A stretch of 64,000 nt of DNA. Origin: Phallusia mammillata (Eukaryota). Positions 12,001 to 22,701 of this stretch are shown in pieces. The stretch lies in contig OZ281498.1 in the NCBI GenBank assembly GCA_965637545.1, positions 4,340,001-4,404,000 of the forward strand, given 5' to 3'. The translations under genes and the position numbers were made by a program. The stretch's first letter is position 1. Every line of letters begins with the position of its first letter. Below the pieces are notes generated by a model. The model saw only the letters and a program-made list of their open reading frames with translations. It searched no databases and was not told the DNA's origin.

Positions 12001-14634
12001 CCTCTCAAACGACGCGTGCCAATTGACTTGTTATTTCCATTCGGTAATGACTGCGCGTGCCAACATTTTTTTTAGTAATAGTGGTTAGTGTCAGCTGATC
12101 AATAATAAACAGAAAGCAGTCAGATTTGTGCGTGTGGGCTCGATTTTAAAACTATTCAATGATAAACAGCAGAAAACAAGCAGTGTACCAGTGCAATGAA
12201 ACACACCCGAGTGCCAACCTCGACCCCTGTTATAGCGCTTTGCTTTCCTTGCAGGATTAAAAAACAAATTGACTGGAAACAGCGGAAGTCCACCTCACCA
12301 CGGGGCAGCAAACAATCCAAGTGATTTGTACAACGACACGCAAGGCGAGGATACAGATACATACAACGACACGACCTGTACTTTGTACAACGATACTGAT
12401 GGTGACACCTACACTGATACTGCTGCATTGGACGGAGGAGCTGTATATGATGACACGGATGGGTTGACTTATGAATTAGGTGGGAGGCTTAAAACCGTTT
12501 CCGTGTGGTGCTTTGTTGATGCATCAACGGCACAAACATCATATTTCCATGACTTCCTCGTTAGTATCGTGCAAAAACTGAATAGTTTTTAAAAGGCTCC
12601 TTTGTAAACCAATTTGGTTCGTTTAAATTTAGACTATCCAAACTTCCATTGCTGAGACTTTTCCTGAATCAGTTGTTCTCAACTGGTGGTCTGAGGACCA
12701 TTAGTGGTCCATGCTGACTTTCAGATGGTCCACAGGACGTCCATTGTATATTTTGTGATGAACTGGAGATAATTGCTTATTATCTATGAATGTATAATCT
12801 GTCGAAAACGTCATGTCGCTTCTTGAAGTTTTTGAAGAAAATAAACTTTTGAAGAAATAAACTCCAAGCAAAATTGCTTGTCGTGTATGATTACCCTTCC
12901 CACTTAAACACATACGATGGTCCACGACATTCTTTTAACTGGGCCGGGGGTCCATAGCCTGAAACGAGTTAAGAACCACTGCCCAAAATAGAAAACAAAA
13001 CAACGTTATTTTGAATTGTGTGTTTGTCAGCGACCATGTTGGTAATCCCTTCTTTGACATAGATGACAAACCGGCCCCTCAACTACCTCCAACACCTTCA
13101 ACAATCAACATAAACCCAAAAACGTCGCCAGGGCTCCCACCACCTCCCTCACCTGGACCAAAGCTCTCAAATTTCGGAGCACCTCCGGAAAGGGGAAACC
13201 GTTTGTCTACAAAAGGTTCACCTATGTTGCCACCAAGATCCCCACAACAGCCCACACGTCCACAGTTTTCCGAAACCCCGGTAACATTTTATTGATGTTG
13301 TTTAAAAAAATGTTTGGGTAAATTTAACGCTTGCTGAAAACTAGCCACGTTGAGAATTGTTTAAACTCTGTTGTCGTTCTTGTTTCAAACCTAAACTGTG
13401 TGTTTTCGTTAAAATTTGCAATTTCTTACATTACACTTGCAACTTGTGTGAGTAAAATTTTGCTAAAGTTGGAAAACCCTTTGCTGTAATAATATATTCG
13501 CTGACTAATTGGATATTGTTTGTATACAACATACCGTTTAGCTTTCAACATCAAGCAAACAACATCATATGGATCCTTGTTGTTTTAAATCTAAATGAAT
13601 ACTAGTCAGTATGCAAGAATGTTTCGCAACAGGATATAAAAGTTAAATGGCTTCCAAAAATTTTATACACTGTGAAATCCACAGAAGCGTGTAAATATAT
13701 TTATTTATTTATTTATTTTGTTATAGGTCCGACCAAATCAAACAGATTCAGTGTCCATCGGTACGAGTGTTGACCCAAAAGGTAAGCAAATATTGAAAAC
13801 AGGAAATCGTTGAATTACTGATTTACAGTTTTCCTTCGACGTTGTAAAGCCGACTTCAATCGATATATTTATTTTGATAGAGGTTTATTTGTCCAACGAA
13901 ATTACAAACTGAAAGTGAAATCGCGACTCTTTACTTTCTTTATCATAGACCTAACATATTTTTGTAAAATCATCCAGCCCCTTGTCACCAGCTGCACCGA
14001 TGAGACCTTATTGGTCGAAACATTGCACTGTCTGCAGCTAAACCTATTTTGATTTCTAACAAAAGGACACATTTCCCTTTAGGTTTGTCAAAAGCTAATC
14101 TCAACAAAATATTAAACAGTTAGTTAAAATCGTCCAGAGTAGACGGCGTTAACTTTTTTGTAAAGTTAAATAACAGTTATCTGTTACCGCAAAATTGTCG
14201 TGAGTTTAACCTGAGGTTACTTTTTAACTTTTCAAAACCAAAAAATGCGAAAGGAAGGTCAGAGCATTGTTTCTCTTCTCTGGCAGAAAAATTACCCTTT
14301 AATAAAAGGACGTATTGTATCCTTGCATTACCTCGCCGTGAACAAAATGTCCTGTAAAATTGGTGACAGCTTTTTTTCATGCAGATGATTATGAGAATAT
14401 GTACCAAGGCATGTGGGATTGCACAGCTGATGACGACAACGAACTGGAATTCAAACGAGGAGAGATTGTTCACGTCATATCCAAGGTATGTCGTCATGAC
14501 AACACAAGGCGTGAAAGAAATTACATCCTCTATCTTTTTAGGAGTATGAAAGTCACGGATGGTGGGTTGCAAAAATGAATGATATCGTGGGCTTGGTGCC
14601 GAGAGACTATCTGATGGAAGCATACGAAATGTAG
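9013..14634 (+). CDS. SKAP2: Src kinase-associated phosphoprotein (SKAP1/SKAP2 orthologue): N-terminal dimerisation helix, PH domain, C-terminal SH3
   Basis: ATG at 9013 (MENALSEALHQIK). PH exons read IAEFLQVKRERTLLTGGWSKKWCVLHHNVLYIYESSK|DKKQKDAIDLRGY...FCASDKETMIRWKTQL. The C-terminal SH3 is DDYENMYQGMWDCTADDDNELEFKRGEIVHVISK|EYESHGWWVAKMNDIVGLVPRDYLMEAYEM*, closely matching the recalled SKAP2 C-terminus. Probably the single pre-duplication SKAP1/2 gene. Confidence 0.9.
12670..12981. mobile_element. hAT (Charlie/MER20-like) MITE
   Basis: Imperfect TIRs CAGTTGTTCTCAAC / GTTAAGAACCACTG. No clean TSD. Confidence 0.65.
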
Positions 14635-16071
14635 AACTTGCACTACTGTAGTCTAAAACAAATGATCTATTTATTTTACTGTTCTTTTAATATAAAGTTT
14701 TTAAACGTAAACTGTACTACAGCACGTTCTGTTATGGCAACACTGTGTTATGACTGGAGTCACAAACTAGCTGCCTGCAGTTTCCTTATGTAGAGTTTAT
14801 TTTACAAACAAAACAGCATGGACGTCCTCATTATAAAACCATTGATGTCCAAACAGTCAAAACTCTTTATCTTGCTTTAATCTTTGGCTGTTCACATTGA
14901 ACTATAAAGCCTAATACTGTTTCATACTGTGTTTTATAACATTGCTTGTTGTTTATACATCAATCGATGTGAATATTTGATTTAACCACTCTTCCATTGC
15001 ATTTTTGATATCGTTTTGTGAGGCTTTAGGTGATTAAATATAAAGTCAAACAAGTTTTTATTTTGTTGAGTTTTATGTGATTGAGGCAACAAGCGCAACA
15101 ATCAGGTAAGCAACCATATTGGCTTAAATTTTGTGCTTTGCGGCAGTCCGTGCATCCGTCAGTTGCATTTGTCCAACAATTAGTCTTGTAACCTTACAAC
15201 GTTAGAGCAAAGTCCAAGCATCAAAGAAACGATGTAATTGCTGCGTATCGGAGCATTAGTAAAAAGTAGGTTGAAAAAAGCAAATGTAAACAAATAATCA
15301 GGTAATCAGGACGTCGAAAGCGCGTTCGACGAAATTTCAACACTAATTATCGGTGCGATCCTTCAAAAACGATCTGGCTGCAGGGCAGTTTAAATTTATC
15401 ACTCAAGAAACGTTTTGAAATGAAAGATAGTTAAATGGTTACGGAAAGTAACACAATATCTGTGTGAGCTGTATACGTTGAAATAGGTTGTTATTGGTAA
15501 TATGACACTCTTAATCAGTTATCAAATTTCACTAATGTACAAAACGTACCACAATCAAGTTTCTGGTTTCGATTTTTGTTTTGTTTCGTTGCAAAAGTTT
15601 GCCTAACAGACGTTTAGGCCGTCAGAATATTTAAGGTTTAATCTGCGTGTATAGTCCCAATCTAAAAGTTAAAATGTATTGTCACAGTCAAATTTAGCTT
15701 ACCACCTTCAGCTCCATGCAGACATCGTGTATCCACATGCACAGTTTTAGCAGAAAACTATCATTGTCAGTTAGTGTTTAACGTCACGAACGGATGCGCT
15801 TCAGTGCATCACAAATGCCATTAGGTAACTTGGTCAGGGCTGCATATCACAGTTGCAGTGCAGTTCAAGAGTTGGGAAAAAGCAAGTTTAGTTATCGCGA
15901 AATATCCTTTTTAAACTTGTTCTGGAATGCAATATAAACTGAAAGTGCGGCATCGCTTGCTTATACGTAATTTGCAGAAATAGTTGATTAAATCCGAACT
16001 CTAATCTGAATTATTTTTATCATGTAGCAAAACGTTAGGTACAAATTGCAGATCAATACAGACAACAAATT

Positions 16072-19000
16072 ATGAATGTAATATTTGAGATCATTTCTGT
16101 TGTGGTGAGCTTGTGGATTCTAAACAGTAACACGGTTCTCGCGTCATGCAGTATGACGTCACCTTGCAGGATAGTTGGTAAGTCTGCAAATATTGTTAAC
16201 TGGTGTGTTTGTGAGAAAGAAAATACTTACAGTGATAATGAATTTTAGTGATAGTATTAAGTGAAACTGCCATGTCGAACCTAAACAATGCCACTTTCGT
16301 CTGTTACAAAAATAGCGCTGACTGGTCATTTTCCTGTAGGCTGCGCTTTGTAACATGCATAGGCACTATTGTTTCGAAAGTTGCATCATACAAATGCAAC
16401 AACATTTGTTTTACGTCATTATATTATGTCGACATATAGGGGGACTCCCGTTTGTGCAACCGCGACAAGTTCACAGTACAAACGGATTTCTGCGGTTGAA
16501 CTTGTCTGTTGATGTCACCGAGCTGAAACTGGATTGGCTGACAGTTCGAAGACGTAGCTACAACCGTGAAATTCCTGGACCAACCTGGAGAATCAAACCA
16601 GGAGACACTGTTAACTTAACATTGGTACTTCGGCGTTTTATCAGTTATTATTTGTACCTGAGTTTTGCTAAGTGATTAAATTGGGGGTAAAAATAGTTAT
16701 CTGTTGGAAAAAAAAATTGTGATCTCCAATAAGGGATATACAGCTGTTCTTTGCTTTTTCTACGTTCATACCCTTTAAACTTTTATCAAAATTTTTAATG
16801 TATGCGTTTAAAAAAAATGTAGCGTTGTAGTGGAAAAGTGGAATTAATAGCGTTTTTGCCTATTTGGTAGCGGAATTTTGAAAAAAATGTTAAAAACATT
16901 AGTATTGTAACTTTTTTATGTTTACTAATGTATGTACATAGTCTTAGTTTTTCCATCGTATCTTGTTTTCCTTGCTTTAGTGCTTTGACCCTCAGAGGGT
17001 TTATGTACCCCAGGTTAAGAAATCCTTCTTTGTATAGGTATTGACAAACTTCCGGTATTTTAGTTCAAGTGCAGTGCTAATGCAAAAAATTAGCGTTAAT
17101 GAGAACTTTATCTTAAACTTAAATGCAAATTGTAACTTTTAGACAAACAAACTGACCAGCCCGGAATACATTTCTCAACACAATAAGTATCAGCTTCCAA
17201 ACCACACTAATATACACACTCACGGGTTACATATTAGCGGAATGGTAAGTGGTCATCCAAAGGCTCTAACTTATCGTTTATGCCGGTTATTGTGTTATAG
17301 AACCATCATGACAATGTCTTCGTCAACATTACTCCTGATAATGGGCAGTATCACTACACGTACCCGATCCTTCCATATCATTCGCCTGGTACGTACTGGT
17401 ATCATCCACATTTACACGGATCCGTAGACCTACAGGTATAAGGGAAACAAATTCACCAACATCATGTTCAGTGGTTATTAAAAGGACTTTTCGACAGACG
17501 TATAGTGGGATGTCTGGAATGATTATTGTAGAGGATTCGACGGATTTCAGAACGCCTCAGCACATACAGGATGTGTCATGTCCCATTAATTGTAAACACG
17601 ATATCCAGTTGGTGTTCCAGCCACTTTTGATGTATTCCAAGGTGGCTGGAACAAAAGACGACGGATTCGCTCATCTCCAAGTAGAAATACACGATCACTT
17701 ATTCTCGTAAGTGTATCATTGTAGTGGGATACATTTTTAGCCTTTAAAATACTGATTTCATATATACTAGTTGTTCCCTAATTTTTCGAAAACACTTTTG
17801 CAGAAATTTTATTTCTTTGGTAAAAAATGCAGCTGATTAATACTTAAAGGTTTCATGGGTACTCGAATTTACAAATTTAAGTTTAATAATATCGACGTCG
17901 CATTAGAACGAGCCTGATAATCACTGATCTATATAGTCTTACCTTTTTGGCAGGCTCAATGGAACAAGCATCACAGGATCAAACAACGAAAGTTTGTTTG
18001 ATTGGGTGACAGACGAAACTAACGGGGTTAACAACTTCACCACTAATGGTCTACTAAATCCCGTGTTGAATTTACCCACTGGAGAAACTAAAAGATTTAG
18101 GTAATGCTGCAATAATTACCACTAACATGAAAACTAATTTTAAAACTCTTTCAAGAATGGTAAACGCTGGAACAGCCTCAGTTTTAGAATTGTATATTTC
18201 TGATGAGCATTACAATTCGGCATGTGATTTCTATGAGATCGCCATTGATGGAATTTATCTTGACAAAGCAACGCCGCCCCGATTTGGAAAAAGTTTTCTT
18301 GTGCCTGCTTCAAGGGTAGACTGGTTGGTCGTCTGCAACAAACCAGGGACTTATTACGTACGTTGTCGTTTACAAGTAGAGCTTTTTAGCAACTGACTAA
18401 CCCAACATGTTTGCAGCTAAAATCTTACTCGCCCGAACTCGAAGACATTTCTACCGGTGAAATACAACGAATTAATGGGACTCTGCTCACGATTGTGGTT
18501 ACTGGTCCAACTACGACCACTTCCATACAAAGAGATCTTCCGAGGAGGCCTGATTATGTGTCAGATTTTCAGGACTTGACACAGTCAGAAGTGCATGGAC
18601 GCTTTGTTATCGAGGCGGGAAGTGGCCTTACATTGAACCGGGAATTATTCCAGAGCAAGGAATTTTGGAGGTAAATTTCAAGCTGCATATTTTATACGAT
18701 TTCACTATGTTCCATGTACTTTGCAAGTCTCATGATTTAATCCTAAATTGGAAATATATCGGCTATAGCGCTATACAGAGTCATGTAGAGCCATCAGTCT
18801 TACCAGATCTGTGTTTAAGGTACAATGTGGAAGTGGACACTGTGCAGGAATGGTATCTGACAAACACTGATACAATACAAAGCCACCCCATTCACATACA
18901 TGTGAACAGCTTTCAGGTATTGCCATATTGAAAAAGGGGAGATTTCAATCATAAAGACAACATAGTTCACCTATAGGTTATTAGCTACAATCCATACACT

Positions 19001-21115
19001 GGTCCGTTCGAGAGCAAGAGTCAGAAGTACTGGAGTCAAAACAAGGAACCCTGCTTCTTTCAACACAAGGAATACAACGGTGAATAACAATCATACTTCA
19101 CCAAACTTTTTTATCTATTTACGTTTACGTTCATTATCGAAATGATCTTTTAAGTAACATTATAGTATATTCGTCATGTAACTTAATATAAACGAATCGA
19201 TAAGACTATTTTTATCATTTGTGCAATGCAAGTCAAGCCAAACGGTTCGTTTGAATTTTCAGCGGACAGAGATAGAAAAATGATCCATTACGTCACATTT
19301 ATCCGTGTCTTTTGTACCTATATTTATGTTACAACTGTTACAATTATTCGCAGAATCTATGAAAGTTCCCATGCCGAAAAATCCACTCAAGTATCTCGGC
19401 CACGATAAGCGTTGGAAGAACGGAAAAGGTGGTCCTGAGACCATTGGCCTTTCACAGCCTGGAGTGTTTCGTGACGTCATCCTGGTCCCGCCATTATCAA
19501 ACATAACGGTAGAGCTATTAACACCAAACCTCACGACAGACCCACATTTAGCTAATTTTCGATAGGTGGCGCAAAGAGCTGAATTATTTATTTAGCATCT
19601 GAAGAGGGGTAGGGCTAGGATGTAAGTTTTCAAAATTTTACATTACAATTGACGTTTTATTGCAAGTTTTATCGAATTCTAAGTGCGTATGCATTATCCC
19701 GACCCCATTAGCACTAACCGTGAGCATTTTAGGGATATATCGTTTGAATGGCTAAAATGCTGTTTCCGCCAACTATCGAAAATTAGCGAAATGTGTGCCG
19801 TGAGCAGGGAGTCGAACCGGAACTGAACCCGAACCCGCGAACCGGTTTGAGCGGTTAATTTCATTGAACCCGAACCGAACCCGAACCGCTAATTACGATT
19901 TTCTAAAAACCCGAACCGGAGTTGAACCCTATTTTTTGTTTGGCGTTGGACCCGAACCGGAACTGAACCAGTAAAAAATGCAGTCTGTTTTATATTTTGT
20001 GATTTTTTTTCAAAACAACGCACTTAAGAATACGCGAGATAACACTTATAGGGCGTGTCAAAAATAACAGTGCACGGACAAAAATCTTGTGGGGTTTGAT
20101 AAGGCCAGGAAGATGATAGGTAGAATTAAATTGAAACGAATGAAAATTTGAACCGGTTTAAAATCCGCAAACCGGTTCTGACCGGATAATTTGCCCAAAC
20201 CGGAACAAACCCGAACCCGAAAATATACATTTTTAAAAACCTGAACCGAACCCGAACCCTTAATAACAAAACGAAGTGAACCCGAACGAACCTGAACCCG
20301 TACGACAAGCGGTTCGCTCCCTGGCCGTGAGGTATGGTGTTAGTGGATTTTCCAAACAGTAAACACGTTATTACGAACTGGAGTAATTCACTGTTTCGTG
20401 ACGGCATCTGTAATTATTTTTTAGATCCGGTTTAAGACAGACAAGTTTATTGGTAACGCTGTGATACATTGCCATATTTTGCCACATGAAGACTTGGGAA
20501 TGATGATGACTGTCAACATTTTACCGAAAGGTGTGACTATAATATTGTGCTAATTTTCCGAAAAGTTGACAGCTTTGCTCTTTTTAACTCGCTTTGTGAT
20601 ACTGAGGTCACTTTACTTTGGAACACGATACATGGACATAAAAAATAATCCAGTTCCATGGACATAAAAAATAATCCAGTTCCGTTTTCTATATGTGATG
20701 TCACCCGCACTTCCATCTAATTGTTTCCTTAGTGCTTATTATATAAACCCCGTTACAATATCATGTGAAAACAGCGGTTGCCGAAAGGTTTTCACTAAGA
20801 TATATTGCACACAGACAAGCTCAAGTCTAAAGAGCTCTTCTGGCAAATGTGATTTTATTCCGACGTTTCGACGTCCTATACAGGTCGTCTTCATCAGGGT
20901 AAATAACACTGATAGACAAGCTCTTTGGCAGTTCCTTTTTTAATTAGCACTACTTGTTTTCTCGATAAGGTTCGGACCTCAACAAACAAGTGTCGGTTAA
21001 ATCGGGAAATGCGTATCCAGGAACCTGCAATGAATGTGATGCTTTTCCTTTCAATGCTGAAAGTCCTTGCAATGGCGAGCCTAATTTGTTTCTTCGAACA
21101 GTCAGGTTTGAATAA
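16072..21115 (+). CDS. Secreted three-domain multicopper oxidase (laccase-like), copy 1, 13 exons
   Basis: Signal peptide MNVIFEIISVVVSLWILNSNTVLA. All four Cu motifs are present after splicing: TNIHTHGLH, GTYWYHPHLHGS, HPIHIHVNSFQ and IHCHILPHEDLGMM. GT-AG exons stay in frame to TAA at 21113-21115. Confidence 0.92.
19508..20352. mobile_element. MITE inserted at the exon 11/intron 11 junction of MCO1, itself interrupted by a hAT MITE
   Basis: About 55-bp imperfect TIR (..TAACACCAAACCTCACGACAGACCCACATTTAGCTAATTTTCGATAG / CTATCGAAAATTAGCGAAATGTGTGCCGTGAG[insert]GTATGGTGTTAGTGGATTTTCC). Absent from the short paralogous intron of MCO2 (about 26343-26409). Confidence 0.75.
19805..20323. mobile_element. 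hAT MITE with GAACCG/CCGAAC subterminal repeats
   Basis: TIRs CAGGGAGTCGAACCG / CGGTTCGCTCCCTG. Perfect 8-bp TSD GCCGTGAG at 19797-19804 and 20324-20331. Confidence 0.92.
20823..20913 (-). ncRNA. Minimal type I hammerhead ribozyme (Penelope-like-element type) within a 91-bp TSD-flanked insertion
   Basis: Minus strand reads GTGTTATTTACC-CTGATGA-A-GACGACC-TGTATA-GGACGTC-GAAA-CGTC-GGAATAAAATCAC. This gives the core CUGAUGA/GAAA, stem II, a palindromic ACGT stem III and a GUC site. A 10-bp direct repeat AGACAAGCTC flanks it at 20813-20822 and 20914-20923. Confidence 0.75.
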
Positions 21116-22701
21116 ATTTTAAAACATTTTTTCTATCTGTTTTAAACATATTTGTTATACATGATATTTCAGGTGGATTTTGTCTTTACTGTTCACACCT
21201 TTTCGCGAACTTTTCATCACAAGATAAAACGCAGGAACTTACAATATTGAGTCTTATTCTTAAACGTCGTCTCGCAGGTTCTTTATAACTTATATCATTT
21301 ATTTTTGCTTTCTTTCTTATTAATTTGTTTATATTTAACATAGTAAGACTATCCATTTCATGTCGTAGTCAAGGGTACGAAAGCTATGGATGGTGGAATG
21401 CAACAAAGAATAACGCTATGGTCTGGTTCCAATTAACCGTATATTATGGTGTCATTTGAAATACAGGTACTGTAGCTGATTTAAACCAAGTTTTTTAATC
21501 ATGCTATTGTTCTTTTTGCAACCTGGCATGCGATTTCTAAACTAAGAGTTTGTTGCATGGAATAATTTGAAGCGAATTCTACATCCTTCCAATTGTCCAT
21601 TTTTACTTCGAAATGCCTTTTTTGATAAATGGGCACAATTTGGTGACTTGGTTAGCCGACGGGTTAAAAGGCTTGTAAGCTTACAAAAAGCATTTAAACT
21701 TTGACCAATCATGAGAAATAAACCTTTATTGTAAAACTTATTCGCTGTTTTATCGTTTCTTTGTTGATTTTCTTACCTTTTATGTCGAAACAGTTTGCAC
21801 TGTCTGCATTTTTTTACCTTTTGTTTCATTCATTCGTTTGAATAAAAAATTGGTCGATTTGTTCTTGCCAATAAGTCTGCGTGTGGTGTGGTAAGTGCAT
21901 GCAATACGATTGTTAAAAAATGCAACACAACTTGTGTAGGGTATAGCTGAAGCGTTTAAACTTTAATTTAAACCCTTTTTGCTTCTTGTTTATAAAGGTT
22001 TGGCGCCGATTTGACTGCTGGGTAGTTTCGATTTATCACTAGCAAAGAACGCTTTGATTGGGAAAGACAGTTAAAACGGTTAAGACAGGTAATACAACGT
22101 CTATGTGTGCTGTATATGTTGAAATAGGTTTTTGTTGGTAATATGACACTTTTAGTCAGTCATCAAAATTTACAACCATACAAAACTTGGTGCAATCAAT
22201 GATTGACATGTTGCTAGTTTCGAGTTCTGTTTGAAATATTTACAAAACGGAAGTTTAGGCTGTCAGAAACTAATTAGAATAATTCTTAGGTTCACTCTGT
22301 GTGTTTCGTCCCAGTCAAAAAGTCTACATGTATTGTTGCATCGAAATTCAGCTTTTTACTTTAAGCTACATGCAGACATCGTGTACGCACGCGCACAGTT
22401 TTAGTACAAAACTTCCTCGTCGGTTCCTGTTCAAAGTCACGAACGGAAGTGCTCCAATACATCTCAAAAGTAGCTTCGTAACTTGTTCTTGGCGCCATAT
22501 GTCAACTCAAGTGCTATTCGAGAGTTGAGAAAAGGCGAGTTTAGTTCTTACCGAATATCCTATTCAAACCTACAATGGAATGCATTTTACACTGTGCTAG
22601 AGAGCCTGTCAAGTTGATTTAATCTGTACTTTAATGCGAAGTATTTTTAACATTTAGCAAAGCGTTGAGAATATATTTGGAATCAAAACAGACAACAAAT
22701 T

